Origin: a virus
Lineage: Duplodnaviria; Heunggongvirae; Uroviricota; Caudoviricetes
Reading direction: 5' to 3' (one strand)
Virus record (IMG/VR): IMGVR_UViG_2541047802_000007
Length of the DNA stretch: 64,000 nucleotides
Positions 41,735 to 52,737 of the stretch are shown in pieces; the first letter of the stretch is position 1, and every line of letters begins with the position of its first letter. The translations under genes were made by a program, and so were the position numbers. A model generated the notes under the pieces. That model was not told where the DNA came from. It saw only the letters and a program-made list of their open reading frames with translations, and searched no databases.

Positions 41735-42159
41735 CAGATAAACCCCTTCTGTTTTCGTGAGAAGACCGGCGCGTCAGACTGCACCTGCACAAGGTTTTCA
41801 CCATCCGGCGAGGCTGCCGTCCTGCTTTCCACGCCGGGATCTGTTTTGCCATCGCGCACCTGTTCCAGCCAGCGCACTGTGTCCCTGTAGGCAGCGGTGA
41901 TCTGCTCGGTGGGTTGTGATTCATTCAGATAAAACCAGGCCACCACGCAACACTGCCGTTTCAGCAGTGAGGGGACGACGGTAAGCGGCAGAACAAAGCG
42001 CGCGGCGAGATAGCCATCAATAAAGGCCGAAGCATCTGCCAGTGCCTGTTCTGCCACGGCATCATCCGGCTGCCCGTCCGCTGTTTTAGGGCGGGTGAGA
42101 ATATCCAGCCGCGTACGTGTATAGCGGGCGCACAGGTCATTTACCGTCGCGTAATTCAT
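41734..42159 (-). CDS. Head completion protein (Mu gp36-like)
   Basis: ORF and synteny. Confidence 0.6.
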   Translation of the reverse strand: MNYATVNDLCARYTRTRLDILTRPKTADGQPDDAVAEQALADASAFIDGYLAARFVLPLTVVPSLLKRQCCVVAWFYLNESQPTEQITAAYRDTVRWLEQVRDGKTDPGVESRTAASPDGENLVQVQSDAPVFSRKQKGFI

Positions 42160-42566
42160 GCATCCGCCTCAGCCAGCGCCGCTTTGATTTGCGCACTGCT
42201 CACCGGTTCCCCCAGCGCCGCACTGACGGCTTTCACTTTGGGTTCCCCCCCTGCGGTAAAGTGTTCCGGGTTTGCCTTATCCAGACCGGCAACGGTCGCA
42301 CGGATACGGGCGTTCAGATCGCCCATACCCAGAACGTCCAGCCCCCCAGCCTCAGCGAGCGTTTCTGCTGACGATGCAGATACCACAGACAGCACGCTGT
42401 CGGCACGAATGATCGCCAGTTGTTCTTCGGTGACTTCCACGGTGTTTTCGCCACGTGTAAAGGCGATTCCGGCGCGGCGGTAGACCGGACGAAGGCATTT
42501 AATAATCGCCGTGCAAGTGATGCGAGAAGTGTCCAGCCGTTGTGAATTAAGCGAAGTGCCTGACAT
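42156..42566 (-). CDS. Head-associated protein (Mu gp35-like)
   Basis: ORF and synteny. Confidence 0.55.
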   Translation of the reverse strand: MSGTSLNSQRLDTSRITCTAIIKCLRPVYRRAGIAFTRGENTVEVTEEQLAIIRADSVLSVVSASSAETLAEAGGLDVLGMGDLNARIRATVAGLDKANPEHFTAGGEPKVKAVSAALGEPVSSAQIKAALAEADA

Positions 42567-42632
42567 AACACATGCTCCTCCTTTTCCTTTAAATCAGGTT
42601 AAAAGGCGGTCTGAACCGCCTTTTAATGACGG

Positions 42633-43550
42633 TTACAGGTAGTCAGCGACAACCAGTTGCAGCTTGCCCTTCATCTCGTTGGAGACGGTGGTATTGCCAT
42701 CCGCGAACAGTTCACGGTTAAGCAGTTGCTCTGCGGCTTTTTCCAGCCCGACCGGTACAACGATATGTGTCGGCTTCAGGCCCAGCTTCTTACCGCCATC
42801 ACCTTCAAACGCACGCATCAGTTGCCAGCCCTTCCAGAGGTTATCCAGCGTCAGATCACCTTTTACCGCGACAGCCATCTGCCAGAAGCCGTAACCGGCA
42901 GCACGGCGGGCGCTGGCACCAAACAGGAACTCGTTATCCATAAAAACGTGGTCGTCATCGATACGGGTACGTGCGACCAGTTCCGGTTTGCGGCGCTCCT
43001 GGAAAATCAGCGGTTTGACTGCGCGGGAGCAGTCCAGCAGATAGAACGGCAGACCGCTGAAGCTGTCCTGCTCAACGATGTTGGAGGTATTAACCGCGCT
43101 GCCCGTGCCGTCCACATTCGGATATACCGGATGCTCCTTGTCGAAGAAGTTCTGACCGTCATAGCACGGCTGGGTAAAGCCATCTTTCAGAAGTTTAAAA
43201 ATCAGCTCATCCGGCTGAACTGCCGCAGAACGGCCCATCTCCTGAAAAATCGGCGCATAAATACCCAGATTGTCATCCTCGAAGTCATCACGGGAAATAC
43301 CCACGGTGCCTTCAAACGTTTTATTGGCGATGGAGTAGCCATGCGCTTCCATTTGCTGAATGGTTCGCTTACCCACCCATTCTTTCAGGGTCGGGAATTT
43401 ACCCAGCCAGCCATAGGTATTACTGCGGGTGGAAGAGTTCACCACCATTGCAATTTTGTTGTACTGCGACGGGGCGTCTTCAAGACCGCCCTGAAAATCC
43501 TTACGCCAGGAGGTCATCAGGGCTTTAATGGATGCCGGGGTGACAATCAT
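42633..43550 (-). CDS. Major capsid protein (Mu T-like)
   Basis: 305-aa product, synteny. Confidence 0.85.
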   Translation of the reverse strand: MIVTPASIKALMTSWRKDFQGGLEDAPSQYNKIAMVVNSSTRSNTYGWLGKFPTLKEWVGKRTIQQMEAHGYSIANKTFEGTVGISRDDFEDDNLGIYAPIFQEMGRSAAVQPDELIFKLLKDGFTQPCYDGQNFFDKEHPVYPNVDGTGSAVNTSNIVEQDSFSGLPFYLLDCSRAVKPLIFQERRKPELVARTRIDDDHVFMDNEFLFGASARRAAGYGFWQMAVAVKGDLTLDNLWKGWQLMRAFEGDGGKKLGLKPTHIVVPVGLEKAAEQLLNRELFADGNTTVSNEMKGKLQLVVADYL

Positions 43551-44632
43551 TTTTCTTGTTCCTGTTTCATTTTCAGATACTCAGCCTCTGTAATGCCGAG
43601 CGCCTTCACTGCTGCCTGTTCATCAGCAGACAGCACCGCCACCGCCGTTTTTTCCTGCGACGGGATTTTCGCTGTGGTGGTCTGCATGGCAGATAACGCA
43701 GCGATAGGCTGTTTTTTCTCAAGCTGTGCCGACAGTGCCGCCACGCCAATCTGACCGCCAAGCTGTTCCAGATAGGTACGTTCGCTTTTGAAAATGCGGC
43801 CTTCCTGTTCCGCCTTGTCCAGAACGGCGCTCAGGCTGGCTGTGGCGCTTTGTGCAGTCGCCTGTGCCAGTTCATCACGCAGGGCGTTGTAGCTTTCCAC
43901 CGGGACGTATTTCGTCAGGTCAACGGCGGCTTTCTGTGCCTTTTCCAGTTCGGCAGACAACGCCGCCACTTTTCCGGCATCTGTTTCGAGCGCATCAAGC
44001 GCACTCAGGGCCGCGCTGGCCTGTTCATCGGTGATGTCTGCATTTTCGGGGACCGTCACCCCAAGACGCGCAAGCAGCTTGCGCAGCGTTTCATTCATGG
44101 GTTTGTTCTCCTGTTGAAGGATGTCGGGAAGGTCTGCCGCCAGTGCGGTCAGCTTTTTCATGCCGGTGGCACCGGGGTCATTGGTCAGCGCAGCAAGGCG
44201 GATTTGCAGCACTGCACCGGTGGCGGTGTCATACGGAAAAACCGCAGAGAGATAACCAAATTCGCCGTCATCGATGCGCTGCTGGGCCGCCGCCGTCCAG
44301 CGTGGGTGGATAAATAACCCTTCACCTTCACGCCACTGCATTTCATCGGCGTTAAACCAGCCAGCCGCGACGAGTTGTTCCGGGGGTAATCCTTTGTCCT
44401 TACGTAGCTGGTTATGCTCGTAATCAATCAGCACGTCCTGGTTGAGCGCGCGAACGCCTTCAACCAGACGCCCGGCAATCTCACCGTCGATGAACCACCC
44501 CTGACCGTCTGTCACATCAAACGGACGACCATCACGGGCACTGAAATGACCGGCAGGCAATAGCTGGCACCAGCCGTCATCGTCAATGGACAGCGCACTC
44601 AGTGCGGCAATGCCAATCGCGTGTTTTTTCAT
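43547..44632 (-). CDS. Head protease/scaffold protein (Mu I-like)
   Basis: 361-aa product, synteny. Confidence 0.85.
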   Translation of the reverse strand: MKKHAIGIAALSALSIDDDGWCQLLPAGHFSARDGRPFDVTDGQGWFIDGEIAGRLVEGVRALNQDVLIDYEHNQLRKDKGLPPEQLVAAGWFNADEMQWREGEGLFIHPRWTAAAQQRIDDGEFGYLSAVFPYDTATGAVLQIRLAALTNDPGATGMKKLTALAADLPDILQQENKPMNETLRKLLARLGVTVPENADITDEQASAALSALDALETDAGKVAALSAELEKAQKAAVDLTKYVPVESYNALRDELAQATAQSATASLSAVLDKAEQEGRIFKSERTYLEQLGGQIGVAALSAQLEKKQPIAALSAMQTTTAKIPSQEKTAVAVLSADEQAAVKALGITEAEYLKMKQEQEK

Positions 44633-44828
44633 GTCCTGCTGCTCATCATGGTTTGTGAGCAGTCAGTTTGCGGGAGGTGCGGGAAAATCTGGGGTTATGC
44701 TATTTGAGTAATGGAGAAAGAAAGTGGAAGGAAGATAAAACGGGATTCATACACCGTTAAATACCGGTTTAAAAATCCCGTGGCGCGTTTTAAAAAATCT
44801 GTGCGGCTGATTTCATGTCTGATTCAGT
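44633..44828. promoter_or_regulatory. Candidate strong gyrase site (SGS) region in G-I intergenic region at the centre of the Mu-like genome
   Basis: About 200-bp non-coding gap about 17.4 kb from left end, where Mu's SGS is known to lie. Confidence 0.45.
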
Positions 44829-45299
44829 TTATTGCCTCAGAGCGGCGCTGACGCGTTTTCTGATGGCATCAAAAATTTCCTGTTCCCCGGTCTTATCCAG
44901 CCCCATATAAGGACGCGCAGGAACGCCTGCCGGGCGGGGTGCCATATCGGGTGTACCGCCCCACTGATGAATGGCAGCATAAATTTTTGGCGAACCAATC
45001 AGGGCATAATCCTGTCCATAATCGGTGGTAATGCTGCGTGCCAGATCGCCATGCAGGGTAAGGATACTGCCCGGAACAAAACCATGATCCTGACGCCATG
45101 CCTGCCACGAATCGCTCCACGCTTCCCAGCCTTTCCCTGTATCCGGGTCTGCCTGCCGTTCAAATGCCTGTTCCGTGGATGACAGCAGCGCCGCAGCCAT
45201 CACGCGGGGAATGGCGCGGTCACGTGTAACGGTTCCCAGTTCATCCAGTGCAAGCTGAATACGTCGCACATCCACGGCAACGTTCATATCAAGACTCAC
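44829..45299 (-). CDS. Virion morphogenesis protein G (Mu G-like)
   Basis: 156-aa product, synteny. Confidence 0.75.
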   Translation of the reverse strand: MSLDMNVAVDVRRIQLALDELGTVTRDRAIPRVMAAALLSSTEQAFERQADPDTGKGWEAWSDSWQAWRQDHGFVPGSILTLHGDLARSITTDYGQDYALIGSPKIYAAIHQWGGTPDMAPRPAGVPARPYMGLDKTGEQEIFDAIRKRVSAALRQ

Positions 45300-46615
45300 T
45301 TATTCACCTCCACATGCCCCTCCAGTACGTCAATCATCCCGTCAGCAATCGCGGTTTCAAGCGACTGTGCAGATACGCGGCTGATACTGACCAGCACATC
45401 CGCACGGTCATTCTGCCTGCCGACTGTCTGTGATGTTCTGACCACAATCCGGGCCATGCCGTCACGGGTTGCCACAACATACAGCAACTGGTGGTTCTCC
45501 CTGTCCCACAATACTGCCTGTGGTTTTGCCATCAGCGACGGCAGATGCTGTAAATCCTCCGGTTTCAGGGCGGCATCAGCAGTGGTCGCCAGACTTTTCC
45601 CGTTCATCACAAGCAGACGGGCTGGCATATTCCCGGTGCGCTGATGTACGGCTTCAGCTACCGATTCCGTCATAAAACCCAGTGCCCGGATTTCATGACC
45701 GGTCTGACGTGATCCTGCCAGGCGTTTAAGCCAGAGGGAAAAAGCAAGCTGACGCTCCCGGCTGTTATTCAGCGTCTGAACAACCTGCTCACGCAACTGC
45801 GCGTCGCGAATTTCCACCAGTTTTCGAATCAGTGCCTGATCCGTACCAAATGCCGCCGAACCAGGGTTATATGACCAGCCCACATCTGGCGTCATTTTTA
45901 CCCGACCGTTGTCAAACGTGGTTGACGATGTGCGGAAAATCTCTCCGGTGCTTTCATCCGTACCGGCATCCACTTCGCGGGTATTCATGAATGACGCACC
46001 ATAACTGACCTGTAGCCCCAGTTCTTTCATGCGGGCCGCAGACAGCGCCCGGACGCGACAGCGGCAGTTCCAGCCATTGGGCGGGTAATGCGTCTGCCAG
46101 AAAATGTCGTCATACCGGAAAACCATATTGTGCAGCCGCGCATGTTCCGGGCGTGTTCTGCCATCCATAACGGCAACATACTGCCAGTACGGATACAAAT
46201 CTGCGGTATTCATCATCTGTGCATAACGTCCCGCCCCGTACGCCGTACGGGTATTGACGTTATAAATGGTTGCCAGACGACGCGGACTGCCCAGTTCGAT
46301 TTCCTTCGCGTTTCCCTCTGCATCCACGATGATTTGTTTTCCCCACCATCCGAGTTTTTGCAGCCGGGGGGCCAGTGTGCGGGTAAATTCCTCACGGGTG
46401 ATGCCTTCACTGACAGCCCGCTCCACTTCCTCACGGATTGTGGTCAGTACATCCATCCGGGTGGCTTTGGCAACGGTAAAGGCGCGGGCGTGCGCGTCTG
46501 CCAGTTGTTCGTACCAGTTCCAGGTGATGTTGTAGCCTTTGGCGCGGAAATACGCGACAGCCTCCTTTGGCGGGAGGCGTGCGGCATACGCCAGATCAAT
46601 GGTCTGCTGCGGCAT
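45296..46615 (-). CDS. Head morphogenesis protein F (Mu F-like); start may be 46651
   Basis: About 440-aa product, synteny. Confidence 0.8.
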   Translation of the reverse strand: MPQQTIDLAYAARLPPKEAVAYFRAKGYNITWNWYEQLADAHARAFTVAKATRMDVLTTIREEVERAVSEGITREEFTRTLAPRLQKLGWWGKQIIVDAEGNAKEIELGSPRRLATIYNVNTRTAYGAGRYAQMMNTADLYPYWQYVAVMDGRTRPEHARLHNMVFRYDDIFWQTHYPPNGWNCRCRVRALSAARMKELGLQVSYGASFMNTREVDAGTDESTGEIFRTSSTTFDNGRVKMTPDVGWSYNPGSAAFGTDQALIRKLVEIRDAQLREQVVQTLNNSRERQLAFSLWLKRLAGSRQTGHEIRALGFMTESVAEAVHQRTGNMPARLLVMNGKSLATTADAALKPEDLQHLPSLMAKPQAVLWDRENHQLLYVVATRDGMARIVVRTSQTVGRQNDRADVLVSISRVSAQSLETAIADGMIDVLEGHVEVNK

Positions 46616-48134
46616 CCAGACGCCCCCATATATCGGCAACAAAAATGGCACGGGTCAGCATGTCGATAAGTTCTGCATCATCCATCTGCGAATATAATGA
46701 AGCAGCTTTGTTCATGGCGGCTTCCGGGCCATCTTTCAGCACAGAAAAAATGACGGGTTTCAGCAGGGGATCAACCGAACGCTGCCAGTCTTCCGGTGAG
46801 ACGCCCATCCGGTCGATATCATCCTCCTGCGGGATATCTTCAGCGGATAATGCGGCCTCTTTCTGCGGACCGTTATCCGGGACAACCGGTTGAGCAGTAA
46901 ACACGGCTTCATCACCGACCGGCTGTGGAATATGAAGTTTTTCCTGTATCCAGGAAACCGGAATACGCATTCCCGCCGCCAGTTTCGGAATGGCGTCAGA
47001 CAGTGCCGTAATATCACCCGCTTCACTGGTATCAAATACAATGCCCGGCAGGCGGTTAATATCAATGGTGCTGTCACTGTTCAGTGCCAGCAGGGGATAA
47101 ATCAGGTCACGGTTAATACTGCGGGCAAGCTGGCCCACATCCGCGTTACGGATTTCCCGGCGAACCTCATCATGCACTTCACCCAGCGACCTCGCACCTT
47201 TATCGCCAGCCTCTGTGGTCAGGGTGCCGCCCAGAATGGCTTTTGAAATCGCTTTTTCTGCCCAGCCAATCATCGCCATAAAAGGGTCTGACTGACCATC
47301 TGCGGCGCTCTGAAAATCCAGCGTCATCCCCATCGGAATAATGCCACCGGCACGTCGCCCGATATCCATCACGGCCTGCATCAGCGTGGCTTTCTCGCGG
47401 TTCGTTGAGCCGGTCGGATATTTACCAACGCGCATGGGGAGTCCGTAAATTTCCAGAAACTCTGCAAAATCACGCACGGAATAGTTTTTAAAAATAAAAG
47501 GCCAGATAAGCGTGCGCACAAGGCCATTGGTGCCGACATACCCGGTGCGGGATTTGGCCCGGTGCATAAACCAGCCGAACGGTTGCAGCTCCAGCCCGTG
47601 ATAAGACGCATCACGCAGGCGTAATTCGTTCAGATTGTCGGGGTTCGCACAGAACAGCGCCGGATCGCGATGATGCAGCGCCACCGGCACGCGCATTTTG
47701 CCCAGCCAGCCCCATTCAATCTCCTGCATGGAATAACCCTTGAGAATGGCATCACCGGCATCAAACAGGGCATCTTCAAACCACGCCGCATCATGCAGAT
47801 ATTCATTCAGCATGTCGGCGTCTTTTTTCTCCTGTGCGCTGGCATCACGTGCCGGAGCGATGCGCCATTCCAGCGCCTGAATGGCAAGGCGGCGCTTGCT
47901 CAGTTCGGAAAAAAGGTGGGTGTCCTTTTCTTCCATATCAAAGGCCAGGTCAGCCTGTGCGGTCAGATCACCGCGTTCGGCATCACGCAGCATCTGCGCG
48001 GCCCGGTTCGGCGTCACACCACTGGAAGGATGCTCCTGCGTACGCTTCATGACCATTGCCAGCTCATCGCTGCGGGTCTGCATTTCATCGTCAAAATCAA
48101 ACGGCTGCCCGGAAATATCCAGAATACGGCCCAT
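46596..48134 (-). CDS. Portal protein (Mu H-like)
   Basis: 512-aa product, synteny. Confidence 0.85.
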   Translation of the reverse strand: MGRILDISGQPFDFDDEMQTRSDELAMVMKRTQEHPSSGVTPNRAAQMLRDAERGDLTAQADLAFDMEEKDTHLFSELSKRRLAIQALEWRIAPARDASAQEKKDADMLNEYLHDAAWFEDALFDAGDAILKGYSMQEIEWGWLGKMRVPVALHHRDPALFCANPDNLNELRLRDASYHGLELQPFGWFMHRAKSRTGYVGTNGLVRTLIWPFIFKNYSVRDFAEFLEIYGLPMRVGKYPTGSTNREKATLMQAVMDIGRRAGGIIPMGMTLDFQSAADGQSDPFMAMIGWAEKAISKAILGGTLTTEAGDKGARSLGEVHDEVRREIRNADVGQLARSINRDLIYPLLALNSDSTIDINRLPGIVFDTSEAGDITALSDAIPKLAAGMRIPVSWIQEKLHIPQPVGDEAVFTAQPVVPDNGPQKEAALSAEDIPQEDDIDRMGVSPEDWQRSVDPLLKPVIFSVLKDGPEAAMNKAASLYSQMDDAELIDMLTRAIFVADIWGRLDAAADH

Positions 48135-49791
48135 TACCAGCCCCCTCGTTCAAACTGGTGATAATCATCAAAATCATCGTTATCAACATCATCACCACGG
48201 TGGCGTGGTGGCAGCGCCTGTATGCTGTCCTCGTCGATAACAAAACCATTCATATAAGACGCTCTGACAGCCATACAGAGCGCCACGGCAAAGTCGCCAT
48301 GTCGTCGGCCTTTACCACCTTCATCTTTTGTGCGCCCCTTATCAATCTGCGGAATACCTTTGTCCACCTTGATGTGGAGCAGGTCATCAAGAGTGGTCTG
48401 GTGCCGGGCAATCGTGATGTTCTGCGCTTCAAACTCGCCTTTCAGTTTTGGCATCCACTCCTGATACCAGGATGCGGTCAGATTCACACAGTCGATCATC
48501 TCCGGGCCATAAATCAGACGGGCGGCTTCTGCCAGATAACCGCCGTTACCGGTGGCATCAAATGCAGCGCCGGTAAAACGGGGCAAACGGGACAGAATGA
48601 ATAAAAGGATTTGTCGCTGCTGGTCATAGGTCACATTACGCAGCTCCACGCGGAAACATTCGCGTTTGCGTAAGTCAGGAGTGATGGCAAGCGGAACAAA
48701 CACCGTCAGGTCGCCACGGCGTGCAAAGTCTTCGCCCAGTACGTGTTTATTGAGCGGCGACAGCGCATCGAGCAACGGGAGCAGCTCCTGTTCACACCAG
48801 TCCTGAACGATGCCGTGGCGCATTTGTGGTGTCAGCGATTCAAAATCGTCCGGGGCTTCAAAACGCAGAATCGGGATATCCCGCGCTGGCGTCATGGCGG
48901 CTTCAATCAGCACGCGTGACAGATAAGCGCCCCCGGATTTTTTAGGAATGCAGCCGTATTCCTCGTCGGCACTCTCTTTATTCGGCGCATTCCGGTACAG
49001 GCCATCACGCCAGGCTTTTTCCGCTTCCGGCGACCACGGCTGATTCGTGACGTAACAGATACGTCGGTACAACCCGTCAGCGATGGCATCATCCAGCGTG
49101 ATGCGGTGAACGCTGTAATCCTTGCGCCCCTCGCGCGCATCCTGAATGTACTGGTTAAACAGGTTATCGACGCCGTTATGTGTCGATATGATCCGCACGC
49201 GGGCACCCCACATGGTGAGAGCAAAGGCCGCTTTCAGGAGTTCGTCCAGGGCTTCATGAAATGCCGCCTCATCAATCACCACGTCCCCCTGCAAACCACG
49301 CAGGTTAGACGGACGGCTTGACAGCGCCTGCACCTTAAATCCGCTGTTAGGGAAACGGATCATATAAGTGAGGATTTCTTCTTTTTTGTCGCTGTCCCAG
49401 AAGGTCTGCTCCCAGACATCAGCCTTTGCCAGCTGGTTAAAGGCGCGGGCAAACAGGGCACAGGCGGCGATATATTCCAGCGCCATTTCCTGACGGGAAC
49501 CCACATAAAAGACGTTGCGACCGCCACGGCGGCGCGGCTTTGCTGCCGTCATGACATTGCGGCCCGCTTCGGCCCATGTCAGACCGGTACGACGGGATTT
49601 TTCAGCGATGCAAATCTGGCTTTCATCCTCAAACCAGCGGCGCTGATAGCCCAGAAAAACCGGTTCATTGCGGGGCTGTGCTTCCCCGATATCGGTCACG
49701 ATATTCACGCCGAGCAGTTCGGCTTCCTCACGCAGGTTGATTTTTCGGGGGGCATGAAGGGCTTTAAGGTTGTTTTCTCTGGTGTTCATAA
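48134..49791 (-). CDS. Terminase large subunit (Mu E-like); start at ATG 49791 (MNTRENN...)
   Basis: ORF, synteny; upstream part of listed ORF overlaps the preceding gene. Confidence 0.85.
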
Positions 49792-49796
49792 CCCTC

Positions 49797-50387
49797 TCAT
49801 GCCTTACCCAGCAGCACATCACGGATACGCTGCTCCAGCTCTTCGCTGATGCCATCCTGCCCGCGCAGTTCTTCACTGACGGCGTTTGCCGCTTCTTCTG
49901 CGAATGCCTGGCGGATTTCTTTCTCGCGCCGGTGGCTGGACATTGCCGTGGATTCCAGACGCTGTGCCGCCAGCATGGCATTTTTCAGCAGGTCAATATC
50001 CACGTCAGATTCCGGGTTTTCGATTTGCCGCATCATGGCCTTAAAAAGCTGGCTGCGGGCCATTTCCAGAATCAGCTTTGTGGTTTCTCCCATTGGCTTG
50101 TCGCCAAGTTCTGCGGTCAGTGCTGACGTCATTTCACGCATCTGTCGCAGGTTATGGCCTACTTGCTCGACGTTCGTCGCGTAACGGTTCAGACCGGAAC
50201 GGGAGAGTTTCATCTCATCCGGCAGGCCTGCGTCTTCAATCAGTGCGTTAATTTCTTCCAGAATGCGGGCCTGTGGGATCGCCTTATCACGCAGCATTTC
50301 ATGCAGCGTTTTACGTACGTTTTCCGGCAGTAAATCCACTTTTGAAGCCCGGCCCCGTGTTTTCCTGTCCATCACGCCTCCTGTCAT
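49797..50387 (-). CDS. Terminase small subunit/DNA-binding protein (Mu D-like)
   Basis: ORF immediately upstream of large terminase gene. Confidence 0.6.
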   Translation of the reverse strand: MTGGVMDRKTRGRASKVDLLPENVRKTLHEMLRDKAIPQARILEEINALIEDAGLPDEMKLSRSGLNRYATNVEQVGHNLRQMREMTSALTAELGDKPMGETTKLILEMARSQLFKAMMRQIENPESDVDIDLLKNAMLAAQRLESTAMSSHRREKEIRQAFAEEAANAVSEELRGQDGISEELEQRIRDVLLGKA

Positions 50388-50674
50388 GCACGGGGACGCG
50401 GACGCTTGACACCGGCAACGCGGGCGCGGCCTTCCGCCACATCCTGACCTCGGGAGGTCAGCGTTACGACATAAAAGCCGCGCAGGTTTTCCACGGTGAC
50501 CAGTTGCTGCTCTGCCAGCCAGTCAATCTGGCCGCGGACCACATCGCGGGAAACGTTGTGTCCGTATGCATCCAGACAGTCCTGAAGGATGGATTCGTTG
50601 GCTTCGTTATTGCAGTCCATCAGGGAACGCAGGATGACCAGACGACGGTCTTCAGTCAGAATATCGTTAATCAT
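50384..50674 (-). CDS. Hypothetical Mu-like late-region protein
   Basis: ORF and synteny. Confidence 0.5.
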   Translation of the reverse strand: MINDILTEDRRLVILRSLMDCNNEANESILQDCLDAYGHNVSRDVVRGQIDWLAEQQLVTVENLRGFYVVTLTSRGQDVAEGRARVAGVKRPRPRA

Positions 50675-50988
50675 GAATTACTCCGGTTTACTGCGTTTTC
50701 AAGCAGCAGCTCCAGTTGATGGGAAAATGACTGCACCCGCTGGGACAGCACCCGGATATCGCCGGACAGCTCTGCAATACGCAGGCGCATTTCGTGTACA
50801 TCTTCTGTGCCTGGGATGCTGGCGTAGCGGGTTTCCATTTCGGTCATCCGGTTTTCAAGACGCTCCACACGCTCGGTGCTGGCAAAACTACGACGCATCG
50901 CCCAGACGGCCCCACCGGCCACAACAGGCAACAGGTAAGGCCATAACGCTAAAACTGAAATCAAATCCATTATTCTGCTCCACGGCAC
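50671..50988 (-). CDS. Hypothetical membrane-associated Mu-like protein
   Basis: ORF with hydrophobic N-terminus. Confidence 0.5.
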   Translation of the reverse strand: MPWSRIMDLISVLALWPYLLPVVAGGAVWAMRRSFASTERVERLENRMTEMETRYASIPGTEDVHEMRLRIAELSGDIRVLSQRVQSFSHQLELLLENAVNRSNS

Positions 50989-51164
50989 CAGTGGCAGTAG
51001 TTCGCCATCGGCTGCTGTCTCAGCACATCAGGCCGCAGCTTACGACCGCAACCGGCACACAATACAGGTGGGTCATACGCCGCCGGGCGGGGAATATCAC
51101 GGGTATCCCCCTGCCAGAGTTCAGCGAGCAGCAGCTCCACCGCCCGGTTCTGGTCTTCGTTCAT
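50970..51164 (-). CDS. Small zinc-ribbon protein
   Basis: CxxC...CxxC pattern in 64-aa ORF. Confidence 0.45.
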   Translation of the reverse strand: MNEDQNRAVELLLAELWQGDTRDIPRPAAYDPPVLCAGCGRKLRPDVLRQQPMANYCHWCRGAE

Positions 51165-51462
51165 AAATTTCTTTCCTTCGGATCTCCTGTTCCCGGACTG
51201 ATGCCTTGTCGCGGTTGCACTGCCCGAGCGCCATCAACAGGTCAGCATTCCAGAGAAGGGATGCTCCCCACGTCAGGGGCTGTGGCATGGGCGGAACGGG
51301 CGTTGCTTCTGTCAGTTCTGTATCAGTTTCGGGCAGGATCACCACCGATGGCACGGGTGCGTTTTTCGAGTTCCCGCAACCTGTCAGCAGCAACGGCAGG
51401 CACAGGACGAGTGCTGCAATTGTCACCAGTAATGGCGGTTGTAATTTTTTCTTTTGCATCAT
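51121..51462 (-). CDS. Putative o-spanin lipoprotein (Rz1-like) overlapping i-spanin gene
   Basis: MMQKKKL... with lipobox LLLTGC in alternative frame of i-spanin gene; exact 3' end uncertain. Confidence 0.45.
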   Translation of the reverse strand: MMQKKKLQPPLLVTIAALVLCLPLLLTGCGNSKNAPVPSVVILPETDTELTEATPVPPMPQPLTWGASLLWNADLLMALGQCNRDKASVREQEIRRKEIYERRPEPGGGAAAR

Positions 51463-51709
51463 GATGTTCTGTCTCATCTGCCAGCCGTGCGGCACGATTT
51501 GCGGCACGGATAGCGGAAAATACCTGCATCGTCTGTTCCTGACCGTGTAACAACCATTCAGCAGTGTGGCGGGCCTGTTGCTCCGTCTGTAATTCACGGC
51601 GCAGCGTCTGGTTATCGTGGCGGGTGCTGTCCAGCCTGTGCCACAACACCCCGGACAGAACGGCGGTAAACACGGCTGCCAGCAGTAAACTTTTACTGGC
51701 GAAGGTCAT
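51323..51709 (-). CDS. Putative i-spanin (Rz-like)
   Basis: N-terminal TM helix then charged helical region; directly after endolysin gene. Confidence 0.6.
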   Translation of the reverse strand: MTFASKSLLLAAVFTAVLSGVLWHRLDSTRHDNQTLRRELQTEQQARHTAEWLLHGQEQTMQVFSAIRAANRAARLADETEHHDAKEKITTAITGDNCSTRPVPAVAADRLRELEKRTRAIGGDPARN

Positions 51710-52211
51710 CCGCCCCCCTGATATTCCAGATTGCCATTTCCACTTCGCGACGGTTCATCAGTCCTTTCCATTTATGGCCTGCGGCAAACACCCAGCGGGC
51801 CATCTGGTCACGCGCTCCGGCGTAATCACCGGCATTGAGTTTTTTCAGCAGCGTTGATTTACTGAATGCGGTAACACCGGTGTTGAAAATAAACGTTGCC
51901 AGCGCCGTTTTCTGATATGGCGTCAGCGGCACCCTGACAAGACGATCGATTGCCGCATAAACCGGTTTTAAATCACTGTCGAGGAGAGCCATACACTCCG
52001 CATGGCTGTAACGGCGCATTTCGATATCCGGCCCGGTATGTCCCACACAGACCGTAAGCACACCGGCAATATCGCGGTAAGGCATATAAGCGATATTTTC
52101 CAGATGGATCAGAGACTGACGGGTCATTTCCTGATAACCACCCACACCACCACCGGCAATCGTTGCCGCCAGCAGTGCGGCTTTCAGTTTTTTTGGTATC
52201 CCCGCCATCAT
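51693..52211 (-). CDS. lys: Endolysin Lys (lysozyme-like, signal-anchor)
   Basis: 172-aa product, Mu Lys-like, hydrophobic N-terminus. Confidence 0.85.
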   Translation of the reverse strand: MMAGIPKKLKAALLAATIAGGGVGGYQEMTRQSLIHLENIAYMPYRDIAGVLTVCVGHTGPDIEMRRYSHAECMALLDSDLKPVYAAIDRLVRVPLTPYQKTALATFIFNTGVTAFSKSTLLKKLNAGDYAGARDQMARWVFAAGHKWKGLMNRREVEMAIWNIRGADDLRQ

Positions 52212-52302
52212 GCTTCCCTGAAAAAATGCTCTGATGGCAGTCTAAAAAATCAGGTGACAGGTGCGGGATTATGGTGACAGGAAATAACCGGCAGGATGCC
52301 GG

Positions 52303-52725
52303 TTATTTTGGGCTTTCAGGTGAGAACAGATCAGGCTGATGACGCCGTGTATGCAGCTTTCTCTGGCGGGCAATAATCTGGTAGATCTGCGGCTGGGACA
52401 GGCGGTACTGGCGACGCAGTTCTTCCATGTTACGACCATTGAACTGGCAGTAAAGCAAATCGTCGCGTAACGCGGTCAGGATAGTATCGCCACAGGGGAT
52501 ATAAAACTGCCGCCCACCCAGAAAACAGGACAGGGCAACGGCCTGTTTACGGGCAAGCTCACGGGGATTGCTGACGTTCTGGCGTTTCAGTTCGTTTTCC
52601 AGAACATCAATCAGATCAACCACCGAACGGGGCCAGCGTGATTCCAGTTCCGGGGCAGGGATGTTATCAATATGTCCGATTAACTGGCGAATTGCCGGAT
52701 CGTGTTCAAATAAATCATGCTGCAT
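52303..52725 (-). CDS. C: Late transcription activator C
   Basis: 140-aa product, paralog of Mor (shared C-terminal HTH region). Confidence 0.85.
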   Translation of the reverse strand: MQHDLFEHDPAIRQLIGHIDNIPAPELESRWPRSVVDLIDVLENELKRQNVSNPRELARKQAVALSCFLGGRQFYIPCGDTILTALRDDLLYCQFNGRNMEELRRQYRLSQPQIYQIIARQRKLHTRRHQPDLFSPESPK

Positions 52726-52737
52726 ATTTTCCCCCGG

